This document shows positions 9,476 through 19,896 of a stretch of 64,000 bases of DNA, piece by piece (position 1 is the first letter of the stretch; each line of letters starts with the position of its first letter). The stretch is from an uncultured Bacillota bacterium (GTDB lineage: Bacteria; Sysuimicrobiota; Sysuimicrobiia; Sysuimicrobiales; Segetimicrobiaceae): contig CAWDRG010000005.1 of NCBI GenBank assembly GCA_963804645.1, positions 32,001-96,000 on the forward strand, given 5' to 3'. The translations under genes and the position numbers were made by a program. Below the pieces are notes generated by a model. It was given only the letters and a program-made list of their open reading frames with translations, did no database searches and was not told where the DNA came from.

Positions 9476-9526
9476 CGGTTCCCCACCTCCGCGATCTCGC
9501 TCGACACACCCCCCCCCTGTAACATC

Positions 9527-9551
9527 ATTGTATCACGCGAACATACGTCCG
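9527..9551 (-). promoter_or_regulatory. Extended -10 promoter of the pilin gene with an adjacent LexA-like box
   Basis: TG-A-TACAAT at 9535-9527 on the minus strand. CGAAC-ATAC-GTCCG at 9538-9551. Confidence 0.45.
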
Positions 9552-9608
9552 TGCCATCCCAACACGGCTGTGGTGGGACGCCGGCGGGTCCGCGATGCGG
9601 CACACGCA

Positions 9609-10427
9609 TTATCGCGCGCCTCCGTTCGCGGCACGCGACCTCGCCCAGAGAATCGACGGCCGAGCGGACACCTCGACCGCAAATCCGCGCGCCTCGAGCA
9701 GCCGCGCGAGGTCCGCGACGTCGCCGTTCGGGTGGTACTCCAAGATCAGCGCGCGGACCCCCCGCAGCGCCTCGGCGCCGGCCGCGCCGAGGATCGCGTA
9801 CTCCCCGCCTTCGCAGTCGAGCTTCACACAGTCCCACACGCCGTCCGACCGCGCCCCAAGCAGGGCGTCCAGGGTCACGCACTCCACCTCGACCCTCCGC
9901 ATCCGCCCGTCCTCGAGCCACAGCGGGTGAATCGCCGGAAACGCCGTGGCGCCGCCCGTGTCGCCGTCGACGACGTACAGCGTCATCGTCCCCGCCTCCG
10001 GGGCCACCGCGACGGGACGCACCGCGACGCGGTCCTCGACCCCGTTGAGACGCAGGTTCTCGCGCAGGAGCGCCGCGTTCTCGGGGATGGGCTCGCAGCA
10101 GAGCACGGACGCGCCGCGCGCCGCCGCGGCGAGCGCGAACACGCCGGATTGCGCCCCGATGTCGAGCACCGCGTCGCCCGGCCGCAGCGCCCGGAGCGCC
10201 CGATCGTACACGCCGTGCGCGAACACCTCGTCCACGATCGCGAGGTCGCTCGTCCCGAGCCGCGCGCGCACGCGGAGCCCGTTGCGCAGGCGCACCTCGC
10301 GGACCTCGCCCGCCGGCACGCGCCCGAGATAGTCGAGGAAGCGCGTCATCGGGTTGACGTACGTCCGGCAGGCGCCGGCCGCGTGCCGCGCGCGATCCCA
10401 CCACCGCTGCGCGGGGCTCACGCTCAT
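9609..10427 (-). CDS. FkbM family methyltransferase
   Basis: VLDIGAQSG, CEP and KLDCEGGE motifs. Confidence 0.88.
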   Translation of the reverse strand: MSVSPAQRWWDRARHAAGACRTYVNPMTRFLDYLGRVPAGEVREVRLRNGLRVRARLGTSDLAIVDEVFAHGVYDRALRALRPGDAVLDIGAQSGVFALAAAARGASVLCCEPIPENAALLRENLRLNGVEDRVAVRPVAVAPEAGTMTLYVVDGDTGGATAFPAIHPLWLEDGRMRRVEVECVTLDALLGARSDGVWDCVKLDCEGGEYAILGAAGAEALRGVRALILEYHPNGDVADLARLLEARGFAVEVSARPSILWARSRAANGGAR

Positions 10428-10452
10428 CGGCCGGCTCCGCCGCGCACGGCGC

Positions 10453-11502
10453 TCACGGGGCGCGCCGCCACACGCGCGTGTAGACGTCCTCGTAGTAGCT
10501 GTCCTGGTCCTCCGACACCACGCGCGCGATCCAGTCCTCGTGGGCCACGTACCAGTCCAGCGTCCACTCGATCCCCTGCTCGAACGCGACGAGGGGGCGC
10601 CACCCGAGTTCGTCCCGGATGCGGTCCGTCACGACGGCGTACCGCCGGTCGTGGCCGGGCCGGTCGGGCACGTGGCGGATCGAGTCGAGCAGGGCCTGCG
10701 GCGCGTCCACCGTCCGCGCGGCGAGCGCGCGGCACACGGCCTGCGCGACCTCGAGGTTGGTGCGCTCCTGCCCGGTCGCGGCGTTGTACACTTGCCCCGG
10801 CTCCCCCCGCTCGAGGACCGCCAGGATCGCGCGGACGTTGTCCTCGACGTAGAGCCAGTCGCGGCGCTGCAGCCCGTCGCCGTACACCGGCAGCGCCTCG
10901 CCGCGCAGGGCGTTGCGGCACAGCACGGGGATCAGCTTCTCGGGAAACTGGAACGGCCCGTAGTTGTTCGAGGAGCGCACGATCACCACCGGCGCGCCGT
11001 GGGTGCGCACGAACGCGAGGCACAGCAGATCGGCCGCCGCTTTGCTCGCGGCGTACGGGCTGCTGGGCTGCAGCGGCGCCGCCTCGTCGCTCGCCGGATG
11101 GCCGTCGGCGTCCCCGTACACCTCGTCGGTCGAGATCTGCACGAACCGTGCGGTCCCGTGCCGCCGGACCGCCTCCAGCAGGACGTGCACGCCCGCGACG
11201 TTCGTGCGGAGGAACGGCCCCGCGTCGAGGATGCTGCGGTCGACGTGGGACTCCGCGGCAAAGTTCACGACGGCCCAGGGACGCTCGTCGCGGACGAGGC
11301 CGTCGATGAGGCCGGCGTCGGCGATGTCGCCCCGGACGAAGCGGTAGCCGGGGCCGTCCGAGACGCCGGGCAGATTTTCGAGATGGCCGGCGTACGTCAG
11401 GAGATCGACGTTGACGACCCGCCACCGGTCCTGCGCGAGCAGCAGGCGGACGAAGTGGCTCCCGATGAAGCCGCAGCCGCCGGTGACCAGCACCGTCCTC
11501 AC
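10453..11502 (-). CDS. rfbB: dTDP-glucose 4,6-dehydratase
   Basis: TGGCGFIG, DLLTYAG, AAESHVDRSI, STDEVYG, PYAASKA and DRPGHDRRY motifs. Confidence 0.95.
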   Translation of the reverse strand: MRTVLVTGGCGFIGSHFVRLLLAQDRWRVVNVDLLTYAGHLENLPGVSDGPGYRFVRGDIADAGLIDGLVRDERPWAVVNFAAESHVDRSILDAGPFLRTNVAGVHVLLEAVRRHGTARFVQISTDEVYGDADGHPASDEAAPLQPSSPYAASKAAADLLCLAFVRTHGAPVVIVRSSNNYGPFQFPEKLIPVLCRNALRGEALPVYGDGLQRRDWLYVEDNVRAILAVLERGEPGQVYNAATGQERTNLEVAQAVCRALAARTVDAPQALLDSIRHVPDRPGHDRRYAVVTDRIRDELGWRPLVAFEQGIEWTLDWYVAHEDWIARVVSEDQDSYYEDVYTRVWRRAP

Positions 11503-12068
11503 GGCACGCGCCCCACGTACTCGAACTCGGCGGCGAGCTCGTGCAGCCCGGGCAGCGCGCGGTCCCGCGCCGAGAGCAGCGGATCGCGGACCGGCCACGG
11601 AATCCCGAGCGCGGGATCGCTCCAGCGCACGCCGCGCTCCGCCGCCGGCGCGTACTCGGCCGTCAGCTTGTACAGCACGTCGGCGACGTCGCTCAGCACG
11701 CAGAAGCCGTGCGCGAACCCGACGGGGACGTACACCATCCGGTGGTTTTGATCGGAGAGCACGGCCCCCGCCCACCGCCCGTACGAGGGCGAGCCGCGCC
11801 GCAGGTCGACCGCGACGTCGAAGATTTCGCCGCGCGGACAACCGACGAGCTTCCCCTGGGCGTGCGGCGGGAGCTGGTAGTGCAGCCCACGCAGCACGCC
11901 CCGCGTCGACCGGGACAGGTTGTCCTGCACGAACGCCGCGGTGATCCCCGCGGCCTCGAACGCGGAGCGCTTGTACACTTCTTTGAGCGCGCCGCGCGGA
12001 TCGCCGACGGGATCCGTCTCGACCAGGATCAGGTCGGGCACTTCGAGCGGGGTGAACCGAAACGGCAT
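11499..12068 (-). CDS. rfbC: dTDP-4-dehydrorhamnose 3,5-epimerase
   Basis: FVQDNLSRS, GVLRGLHYQ, DVAVDLR and GFAHGF motifs. Confidence 0.95.
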   Translation of the reverse strand: MPFRFTPLEVPDLILVETDPVGDPRGALKEVYKRSAFEAAGITAAFVQDNLSRSTRGVLRGLHYQLPPHAQGKLVGCPRGEIFDVAVDLRRGSPSYGRWAGAVLSDQNHRMVYVPVGFAHGFCVLSDVADVLYKLTAEYAPAAERGVRWSDPALGIPWPVRDPLLSARDRALPGLHELAAEFEYVGRVP

Positions 12069-12080
12069 CGGACGGCCCGC

Positions 12081-13145
12081 CTATAGGATGATTTCGGCGT
12101 CGTCGCCGATCATCAGGCGCACGGCGTGCTCGCGGTCGTCCCCGCGCCGGACGACGGCGTGGCGGCCGATGATGCTGTCCTCCACGCGGCCGGCCCCCTC
12201 CAGGCGGACGCCCTCGAGCAGGACGGAATGGCTGACCGTGGAGTGCCGGATCACGCACCCGCTCCCGATGCTGGTGTACGGGCCGATGAACGCGTGGTCG
12301 AGCTCGGCGCCCGGCCCAATGACCGCCGGACCGCGCACCTCGCTGTGCCGCACGCGCGCGCCCTCCTCGAGCGTGACGCGCCCGGACAGGCGGCTGTCGT
12401 CGCTGACGTCGCCGTGCACGCGCTCGACGCACCACTCGTCGAGCACGGTCCGGTTCGCCGCCAGGAGATCGTCCTTCTTCCCGGTGTCGAGCCACCAGCC
12501 CTCGAGCCGGCTGCTGCGCACGCGCCGGCCGGACTCCACCAGCGCCTGGATCGCGTCGGTGATCTCGAGCTCCCCGCGCGCGGACGGCGAGAGGCCGGCG
12601 ACCGCCTCGTGAATCGCCGGTCCGAACAGATAGACCCCGACCAGCGCCAGGTTGCTCGCGGGGTGCTCGGGCTTCTCGACGAGTCGGACGATGCCCCCCT
12701 CGGCGTCGAGCTCGGCCACGCCGAACATGCGCGGGTCCGGGACCGCCTTCAGCAGAATCATCGCGTCGACATCCGACGCCCGAAACTCCTCGACGAATCT
12801 CGAGAGCCCGCCGCCGATGAGGTTGTCGCCGAGGTACATGACAAACGGCTCGTCGCCCAGATACGGGCGCGCCACCCGGATCGCGTCCGCGAGCCCCCGC
12901 GGCTCCTCCTGCCGGATGTACGTGAACGTGAGCGGGAGGCCGTCCTGCGCCAGGGCGGCCTGGATCTGGGCCCCGGTCTCCGGGGAGATCACGACCCCGA
13001 CGTCGCGAATGCCCGCGTCAAGAATGTGGCGCATCCCGTAGTGGATGATCGGCCGGTTCGCGACGGGGATGAGCTGTTTCGCCATCGTGTAGGTGAGCGG
13101 ACGCAGCCGCGTGCCCCGGCCGCCCGCGAGGACGAGCGCCTTCAC
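12081..13145 (-). CDS. rfbA: Glucose-1-phosphate thymidylyltransferase (long form)
   Basis: LAGGRGTRLRPLT..KQL, YLGDN, SARGELEITDA and WWLDTG motifs. Confidence 0.92.
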   Translation of the reverse strand: MKALVLAGGRGTRLRPLTYTMAKQLIPVANRPIIHYGMRHILDAGIRDVGVVISPETGAQIQAALAQDGLPLTFTYIRQEEPRGLADAIRVARPYLGDEPFVMYLGDNLIGGGLSRFVEEFRASDVDAMILLKAVPDPRMFGVAELDAEGGIVRLVEKPEHPASNLALVGVYLFGPAIHEAVAGLSPSARGELEITDAIQALVESGRRVRSSRLEGWWLDTGKKDDLLAANRTVLDEWCVERVHGDVSDDSRLSGRVTLEEGARVRHSEVRGPAVIGPGAELDHAFIGPYTSIGSGCVIRHSTVSHSVLLEGVRLEGAGRVEDSIIGRHAVVRRGDDREHAVRLMIGDDAEIIL

Positions 13146-13163
13146 CCGCAGGCCCTCCCGGCC

Positions 13164-14090
13164 TCACTCCGGGAGGAACCGGTTCCGGCGTGATCCTGTC
13201 GCCGCATCCCACGCTCCAATCGCGATACACGTCAGCTTCGCGGCGCGATGGTCCTCGAACAGGACCATCTTCACCACCGTCTTGCCCAGATTCATCGACG
13301 CGGCGGCCACCCACGCCGGCTCGCGCCGCCCATAGGCGCCGAAGATGCGCAGCAAATTGCGCGTCACGTAATAATAGCGCCACGGCGCGTGATTGGGAAC
13401 AATCACGACCCGGCCGCCGAGCCGGCGCTCCTCCATCTTGCCGGCCGCGTGGGTCATCAGCGGCCGGCAGGACACCACGATTCGCCACCCGCGGCTGCGC
13501 AGCCGGAGGCAGTACTCCAGGTCGACGCCTTCAATAAAAAAGTCCTCCCGGAACGGCCCGGCCGCCGCGTAGGCCGCGACCCGCACGAGGCTCCCGGAGG
13601 TGATCGGGGTCTTGGCCTCGAGGTACGGCGGTGCGGGGGATGGACAGCGCACCGCGATCTGGCCGCTGTGCCGGCTGCGCGCGTTTGCGCTCAGGAGGCC
13701 GACCCGCTCGCGGAACGGACAGACGGCGTACACGGCGCCGAGCCCCTCGACGAGGTCGGCATCGATCTCCGAGTCCTGGTCCAGGGTGAGCACCCACGCG
13801 CAGCCGAGGACCTCGGCCCGGCGCACGCCCTGGTTCAGCGCCGCGCCGATGCCGAGGTTGCTGGCATTCTCGAGCACCTCGATCCGCGGGGCCGCGAGGC
13901 CCCGCAGCACACGGCGCACCGGGTCGGGGCTGTGGTTGTCCACGACGATCACGCGGCCCACCTGCCCCGCCGTCCGCGCGAGCCGGGCGGCGAAGCCCTC
14001 GTCGGGCCCGTACGTCACGATGACCGCGGCAACGGTCTCCGGCGGGATCCCGGAGACGCCCGGGCCGTCGCCCGAGGCGGCCGGTGTCAC
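13164..14090 (-). CDS. GT2 glycosyltransferase (rhamnosyltransferase-like)
   Basis: VVDNHS, NLGIGAALNQG, LDQDS, ITSGSL and RYYYVTRN motifs. Confidence 0.85.
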   Translation of the reverse strand: MTPAASGDGPGVSGIPPETVAAVIVTYGPDEGFAARLARTAGQVGRVIVVDNHSPDPVRRVLRGLAAPRIEVLENASNLGIGAALNQGVRRAEVLGCAWVLTLDQDSEIDADLVEGLGAVYAVCPFRERVGLLSANARSRHSGQIAVRCPSPAPPYLEAKTPITSGSLVRVAAYAAAGPFREDFFIEGVDLEYCLRLRSRGWRIVVSCRPLMTHAAGKMEERRLGGRVVIVPNHAPWRYYYVTRNLLRIFGAYGRREPAWVAAASMNLGKTVVKMVLFEDHRAAKLTCIAIGAWDAATGSRRNRFLPE

Positions 14091-15214
14091 GCGCCCGCGG
14101 CCCCGCGCGGCCGGTCGAGGCCGAGGACGCCGGTGACCGTGTCCACGAACTGGTCAGCCAGAAACGGCCGGAACCGGTCGCTCGCGAGATAACGAGCTCC
14201 CGCCTCGAGGTAGTCCGCGTGCTCGCGCGCGCCCATCCCGGCGAGGTAGCGGGCCAGCTCCGCGTCGGAGCGAAACTGGCGCCGGTCCACGAACGACGCC
14301 GGATCGACGTAGTCGTCGATGTCCGGCGCGCCGAGATAGACCGGCACGCACTGCGCCCGCATGCAGTCGAAGATCTTGATCGACACGTACCCGGGCTGGT
14401 CGATCATGTTCTCGTAGCATACCCCGAACCGGTAGTGCGGGTACACGTCCCACTTGTGGCGGACGGTCCCGCGGTACGACGGGTACATCTCGCGCCGCAT
14501 CTTGGGGTCGCGGAGGCGCCGCCACAGGTAGTCCCGCAGGCTGGGGTTCCAGCCCTCCCCGTACAGGTCGAACGCCTCGGGGTGCTCGGTCTCGAAGAAC
14601 CGCACGAGCCGCCGCCGCTCGGTATAGAGCTCCCGCGGGTGGCCGGAGAACTTGTAGCCCGAGATGTCGACGAGCAGCTTCCGCGCCGCGAACGGGACCG
14701 GCTCGACGGCGGGAAACGTCGTCGGGTTCGGCAGGTAGATCCGGTGGTACCGCTTCCCGTCGACGAGCGTCGGATCCCACGTGAAGATGATCGGAAAGGA
14801 GGCGTGCAGCGCCCGGTCGTAGTTGCGCGGAAACACGCACGGCGGCTCGAACATGAACAGCACGAGCTTGTCGGTCATCCCCGCGCGCACGACGTCGCGG
14901 AACAGGTCCCGGGACGACTCCCCCCGCGCCCGCGCCTTCACCGCGTCCGTCAGGCGCGCGACCGGGCCCTGCGGGCCCGCGCGCCACGAGTCCCAGAACA
15001 CGATCCACGCGCAGTCCTCGAGCGGCTGCCCGTGCACCCCCTCGAACCGGTACCCGTAGGACGCGCACCGCTCCTGCAGCTGGATGTAGGGCTCGGTGAT
15101 GTGGTCGCGCGCGCGCGGGTCGAGCAGCGTGCCCTCGGCCGAGCCGCGCACGTGGTTCAGGATGTAGCGCGGCGCGGTCGCCGGCCGCGCCGCGCTACTC
15201 GCGCGCGTGCTCAC
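14087..15214 (-). CDS. GT10 family (alpha-1,3-fucosyltransferase-like) glycosyltransferase
   Basis: YRFGVCYEN....GYVSIKIFD....CVPVYLG resembles the GT10 motif. Adjacent to fcl. Confidence 0.78.
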   Translation of the reverse strand: MSTRASSAARPATAPRYILNHVRGSAEGTLLDPRARDHITEPYIQLQERCASYGYRFEGVHGQPLEDCAWIVFWDSWRAGPQGPVARLTDAVKARARGESSRDLFRDVVRAGMTDKLVLFMFEPPCVFPRNYDRALHASFPIIFTWDPTLVDGKRYHRIYLPNPTTFPAVEPVPFAARKLLVDISGYKFSGHPRELYTERRRLVRFFETEHPEAFDLYGEGWNPSLRDYLWRRLRDPKMRREMYPSYRGTVRHKWDVYPHYRFGVCYENMIDQPGYVSIKIFDCMRAQCVPVYLGAPDIDDYVDPASFVDRRQFRSDAELARYLAGMGAREHADYLEAGARYLASDRFRPFLADQFVDTVTGVLGLDRPRGAAGA

Positions 15215-16121
15215 GATACCAGCGCACGGTCCCGGCGAGCCCCTCGGCGAGCGCCGTCCGCGGCCGCCAGCCGAAGACCGCGTCGCACCGCTCGACGTCC
15301 ATCACCTTGTACGGCGCCCCGTCGGGCTGGGACGGGTCGAACGCAAGGCGCCCCCGATACCCGACCGCGTCGCGGATCATCTCCGCCAGCTCGCGGATCG
15401 ACACGCCGCTCCCGATGCCGATGTTGATCGGGTCGGGCGTGTGCGGAACCGCGGCCGCGCGCAGCATCGCCTCGACGCCGTCGTCGACGTACAGCCACTC
15501 CCGGACCGGGCGTCCGGAGCCCCAGACGACGACCTCCGGCTGGCCGAGGCGCTCGGCGCGGGCGATCCGCATCACGAGCGCGCCGAGCGCGTGGGAGCGC
15601 ACTTCGTCGAAATGGTCGCCCGGCCCGTACATGTTGGGCACCAGCAGGGTGATCGTCTCGAGCCCGTACTGGCGGTGGTACGCCCAGCTCTGCACGTAGC
15701 TGGCCTTGCGCACGAAGCCGTAGGCGAGGACGGACTCGTCGAGGGGCCCGTCCCACCACGCCTCCTCGCGGAACGCCCGGTCGAGGTCCCGCGGGTACGA
15801 GCAGTTGGAGATCGGGTTCACGATCCGGCGCACCCCGAACTCCCGCGCCAGCTCAAAGAGATGCGCGTTCATCAAGGCGTTGTGGTGGTAGATCTCGCCG
15901 GGGTGTGCCAGGCCGAACCGAATCCCGCCCACGAACGCGGCGGCGTGCAGCACGACGTCGATCCCCGGATGCGCCTCGAACACCGCGCGGAACTGCGCGG
16001 GATCCCGCAGGTCGGTGCCGAGCGACCGCGACACCGGCACGAACGCCACGCCGTCGGCGGTGAGGCGGCGGGCGATGCGCCCGCCGAGGAATCCCGTGGC
16101 GCCCAGCAGGAGCAGCGGCAT
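15195..16121 (-). CDS. fcl: GDP-L-fucose synthase-like epimerase/reductase
   Basis: AAFVGGI, SNCSYP, PNMYGPGD, SHAL, WGSGRPVREWLYVDD and PDGAP motifs. Confidence 0.8.
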   Translation of the reverse strand: MPLLLLGATGFLGGRIARRLTADGVAFVPVSRSLGTDLRDPAQFRAVFEAHPGIDVVLHAAAFVGGIRFGLAHPGEIYHHNALMNAHLFELAREFGVRRIVNPISNCSYPRDLDRAFREEAWWDGPLDESVLAYGFVRKASYVQSWAYHRQYGLETITLLVPNMYGPGDHFDEVRSHALGALVMRIARAERLGQPEVVVWGSGRPVREWLYVDDGVEAMLRAAAVPHTPDPINIGIGSGVSIRELAEMIRDAVGYRGRLAFDPSQPDGAPYKVMDVERCDAVFGWRPRTALAEGLAGTVRWYREHARE

Positions 16122-16128
16122 GCGGCGC

Positions 16129-16662
16129 CTACCGGGCGCGCAGCCGCGTGTACTGGTCTTTTGTCATGGCCATCAAAATGTAGTCCCAGTAGCGGCCCTG
16201 GCGGTACAGGTACTCCGGGAAGCGTCCGGTCTCGACAAACCCCAGGCGGTCGTACAGGACGCGCGCGCGCTCGTTGAACGCGGCGACCCGGAGGTACACG
16301 AGATGCATGTTGTAGTGGAGAAAAAGGTACTCGAGCGCCATCCGGTAGCTCGCGGTGCCGAACCCGCGCCCGCGCAGGTCCGGGAGGATGTCGAGCCCGA
16401 TCTCGCAGTGCGCGTTCACCGAGTCGATGTGCTGCACGCGCAGCATGCCGATCACCTGGCCGGACGCGACCTCGACGAGGCTGAACCGCTTCTCGGTCGT
16501 CCGATTCGCGAGGCTCTTCCACCACTCGACCTGTTCGTCCGCGGAGGCCATGTCGACCGTGCCGAGCTGCAGCAGCGTGCTCATGTCGTTCCGGAGCTCG
16601 CGGAGACGCTCCAGATCCGCCTCCTCGATCGGGCGGAAGCCGACGTGCGCGTAGGTGTACAC
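16129..16662 (-). CDS. GNAT N-acetyltransferase (RimJ/PseH-like)
   Basis: RGRGFG acetyl-CoA motif and NERA..LY.RLGF. Directly follows a sugar aminotransferase. Confidence 0.85.
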   Translation of the reverse strand: MYTYAHVGFRPIEEADLERLRELRNDMSTLLQLGTVDMASADEQVEWWKSLANRTTEKRFSLVEVASGQVIGMLRVQHIDSVNAHCEIGLDILPDLRGRGFGTASYRMALEYLFLHYNMHLVYLRVAAFNERARVLYDRLGFVETGRFPEYLYRQGRYWDYILMAMTKDQYTRLRAR

Positions 16663-16665
16663 GGG

Positions 16666-17826
16666 TCAGGCGCCGCGCGGCACCGCCGCGCGCGCCAGCA
16701 CGGTGCGCACGGCGGCCACGACGGCCCGCGCGTCCTCGTCCGACATCCCGGGAAACATCGGCAGCCGGACCAGGGCGTTGAAAAACGCGGTCGCGTTCGG
16801 GAACGCACCCTCCTCGAATTCGCAGATCTCCCGGTAGTACGGGTTGAGGTGCAGCGGGTGATAGTGGATGTTGGCCGCGATCCCCTCCGCGCGAAGGCCC
16901 TCGATCATCCGGTCCTTGAGCCCGGGCGGGACCAGGAGGTAGAACAGATGCCAGTTCGTCCGGGCGCCGTCGGTCGTGGCCGGCAGCCGGACGCCGTCGA
17001 GCCCCGCGAGCGCGTCCAGGTAGTACTCGGCGATCTCCGCGCGCCGCGCGTTCATGCGGTCGAGCTTGCGCAGCTGCGAGCGGCCCAAGGCCCCGAGCAG
17101 ATTCGACTGCACGTAGCTGTTCCCGCGGGCGACGTACTCGTAGTAGCCGGTCATCCCCGGGTTCGACAGGAACCGGTGCTTGTCGGTGCCCTTCTCGCGC
17201 GCGACGACGATGCGCTCGGCCAGCGCGTCGTCGTCGGTCGTGATCGCCCCGCCCTCACCGACGGCGAGGTTCTTCGTGCCGTGAAAACTGAGGCAGCTCA
17301 CGTCGCACAGCGTGCCGACCTTGCGCCCGCGGTACTCCGCGCCGATCGACTGCGCCGCGTCGTGCACGACGTACAGCCCGTGCCGGCGCGCGACCTCGAG
17401 CAGCGCGTCCATCTCCACCGGGTTCCCGGCGTAGTCCACCGGCACGATCGCGGACGTCTTCGGGGTGATGTGCGCCTCGATCCGCGCGACGTCGATGTTG
17501 CCGTTGTCGGCCCGCACGTCCACGAGCACCGGCCGAAGGCCGTTCAGGACGGCGCCGAGCGCCGACGACGTGAACGTGAAGTCGGGCACCAGCACCTCCG
17601 AGCCCGCCGGCAGCCCCTTGACTAAGAATGCCAGGTCGAGCGCGGCGGTGCACGAGGTCGTGAAGAACGCGTGCTTGACGCCGAGGTACGCGGCGAGCTC
17701 GCGCTCGAACGCCCGGCAGTCGGGCCCGTCACCGCTGACGTAGGTCGAGCGCAGCGCGCCGTCGACCGATCGAAAATCGTCCTCGTCGAACAGCGGCTCG
17801 GTCAGCGGCAGCATCCCGGTGCGCAC
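16666..17826 (-). CDS. DegT/DnrJ aminotransferase (WecE/RffA-like)
   Basis: TSCTAAL, HDAAQ, SFHGTKN, GEGG and REKGTD motifs. GTG start with a GGAGG RBS. Confidence 0.88.
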   Translation of the reverse strand: MRTGMLPLTEPLFDEDDFRSVDGALRSTYVSGDGPDCRAFERELAAYLGVKHAFFTTSCTAALDLAFLVKGLPAGSEVLVPDFTFTSSALGAVLNGLRPVLVDVRADNGNIDVARIEAHITPKTSAIVPVDYAGNPVEMDALLEVARRHGLYVVHDAAQSIGAEYRGRKVGTLCDVSCLSFHGTKNLAVGEGGAITTDDDALAERIVVAREKGTDKHRFLSNPGMTGYYEYVARGNSYVQSNLLGALGRSQLRKLDRMNARRAEIAEYYLDALAGLDGVRLPATTDGARTNWHLFYLLVPPGLKDRMIEGLRAEGIAANIHYHPLHLNPYYREICEFEEGAFPNATAFFNALVRLPMFPGMSDEDARAVVAAVRTVLARAAVPRGA

Positions 17827-17860
17827 CTGTCGCCCTCCAGTCGACGCGCCGCCGCGGGGC

Positions 17861-18919
17861 TCAGGGAGAGACGGCACGGTCGTCCCAAAATCGTTGGGTC
17901 GGGAACTTCTGTTCAAGGATCTTCTTCCCTTCTCCGATCGGCGCCAGCCCGACGGCTTCCAGATCCGCGTCGACCATGATCCGCACCAGCTCGCGGAAGC
18001 GGATCCGGGGCTCCCAGCCCAACTGCGCCCGCGCCGCGGACGCGTCGGCGACGAGATTCGCGACGTCGAGCGGCCGCTCGTAGCGCGGATCGATCTCGAC
18101 GTGCTCCCGCCAGTCGCGCCCGACGTACGCGAACGCTTCCTCGATAAACTCGCGCACCGAGTGGGCCTCGCCGGTTCCGATCACGTAGTCCGCGGGCCGA
18201 TCCTGCTGCAGCATGAGCCACATCGCGTTCACGTACTCCGGGGCGAAGCCCCAGTCCCGGCGCGCGGCGAGGTTGCCGAGATACACGCGGCGGTCCAGTC
18301 CGGCCATGATGCGCGCGACGGCCCGGGTGATCTTGCGCGTCACGAACGTCTCCGATCTCCGCTGACTCTCGTGGTTGTACAGGATGCCGTTCACAGCGTA
18401 CAGCCCGTACCCTTCGCGGTACGTCGCGACCATCCAGTGCGCGTACACCTTGGCGACCGCGTAGGGGCTGCGCGGCATGAACGGGGTCCGCTCGCTCTGG
18501 GGCGCCGGGGCCGCGCCGAACATCTCGCTGCTCGACGCCTGGTAGAGCCGGGTCCGCACCCCGCTGCGCCGGATCGCCTCGAGGAGGCGGGTCGTGCCGA
18601 GCCCGGTGATGTCGCCCGTGTACTCCGGCATGTCGAAGCTGACCTTGACGTGACTCTGCGCGCCGAGGTGGTACACCTCGTCCGGGCGGACGTCGTACAT
18701 CAGGCTCGTAAGCTGCTCCCCGTTGGCCAGATCGCCGTAATGCCCGGACAGTCGCCGCTCGGGATCGTGCGGATCGCGGTACAGGTGCTCGATCCGCCGT
18801 GTGTTGAACGTCGACGCGCGCCGCACGAGCCCGTGCACCTCGTAGCCCTTGGAGAGCAGCAGCTCCGCGAGATACGAGCCGTCCTGCCCGGTCAGCCCGG
18901 TGATGACGGCGCGCTTCAT
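17861..18919 (-). CDS. gmd: GDP-mannose 4,6-dehydratase
   Basis: [29 protein letters not shown] and TFVTRKIT motifs. Confidence 0.96.
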   Translation of the reverse strand: MKRAVITGLTGQDGSYLAELLLSKGYEVHGLVRRASTFNTRRIEHLYRDPHDPERRLSGHYGDLANGEQLTSLMYDVRPDEVYHLGAQSHVKVSFDMPEYTGDITGLGTTRLLEAIRRSGVRTRLYQASSSEMFGAAPAPQSERTPFMPRSPYAVAKVYAHWMVATYREGYGLYAVNGILYNHESQRRSETFVTRKITRAVARIMAGLDRRVYLGNLAARRDWGFAPEYVNAMWLMLQQDRPADYVIGTGEAHSVREFIEEAFAYVGRDWREHVEIDPRYERPLDVANLVADASAARAQLGWEPRIRFRELVRIMVDADLEAVGLAPIGEGKKILEQKFPTQRFWDDRAVSP

Positions 18920-19896
18920 CGCGGTCCCCCCGCGTCCGCCGCGGACGCCTCCCCGGGACGCCGGGCGACCACCAGCAGGCTGGCGCCGAGCGGCGTGCCG
19001 ACGAGATGCCCGAGCGCGGTCAGCGCTTCCATGCCCGCGCGCTTGACGTGCCGGAGCGCGCCGTCGAACACCCCGACCGGCCCGCTGCGGACGGAGAGGA
19101 CCTCATAGCCCGTCGACGCCAGCACCATCCGGATCGTCTCCGCGGAGTAGTGCACCACGTGCTCGCCCACGCCGACCACGTCCCCGCGGGCGCCGCCGAG
19201 GGGCCGGAGCACCTTCGCCTTCCACAGCGCGTGCGGGCCGTTCGGCACGCCGAGGAGGAGATAGCCGCCGGGCTCCAGCACCTCGCGCACGGCGGTCAGC
19301 ATCTCCTTCGGGCGGGGGATGTGCTCCAGGACTTCCCACAGCGTGACGACCTGGAAGGTCAGCGGATGAAACGCGTCGACCGCGTCGCCGTGCCGAACGC
19401 TGAGGTGCAGCCCCTGCGCCCACGCGGCCTGCTCCGCCGACGCCTCGATGCCGTACCCGTCGTAGCCGTACGCGGCCGCGGCGCTCAGAAAGCCGCCCAT
19501 GCCGCACCCGACGTCGAGAATCCGCCAGCGTGCGCCGCCCGTGTTGAGGCGGTCGATGGCGCGGACGTGCGCCAGGTAGACGTTCATCTTGGAGGCCGCG
19601 GCAGCGCGGGCTTCCACGAACCAGTCCTGCCGCCGGATCGCGCCGTAGTACCGTCCGGACACCGGCGGGTCAGTGTACAGCAGGCGGCACCGGACGCACT
19701 GCACGACGCGCGCGCCGCCCTGCGTGAAGCGTGTCACCGGCCCCGGCGCGTCGCACACGGGGCAGCGGGCCCCCGCAGACGCAACCGCTCCGGCGGCGAC
19801 CGACGGCGTGCCGCCGGCCTCGGGCGGAGGCGCGGCGGCTACTTGAGCGCCTCCTGGGGGATCCGTCCGGCCTTCGCGAGCTGCCCGTGGATCCAC
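18916..19896 (-). CDS. Class I SAM-dependent methyltransferase with N-terminal Cys pairs
   Basis: [17 protein letters not shown] and EVLEHI motifs. Start is uncertain. Confidence 0.85.
   Translation of the reverse strand: MDPRAAREGRTDPPGGAQVAAAPPPEAGGTPSVAAGAVASAGARCPVCDAPGPVTRFTQGGARVVQCVRCRLLYTDPPVSGRYYGAIRRQDWFVEARAAAASKMNVYLAHVRAIDRLNTGGARWRILDVGCGMGGFLSAAAAYGYDGYGIEASAEQAAWAQGLHLSVRHGDAVDAFHPLTFQVVTLWEVLEHIPRPKEMLTAVREVLEPGGYLLLGVPNGPHALWKAKVLRPLGGARGDVVGVGEHVVHYSAETIRMVLASTGYEVLSVRSGPVGVFDGALRHVKRAGMEALTALGHLVGTPLGASLLVVARRPGEASAADAGGPR

Noticed and set aside
9538..9556. Sigma54 promoter for the pilin gene (TGGCAC)
   Set aside because: There is no TTGC -12 element at the required spacing.
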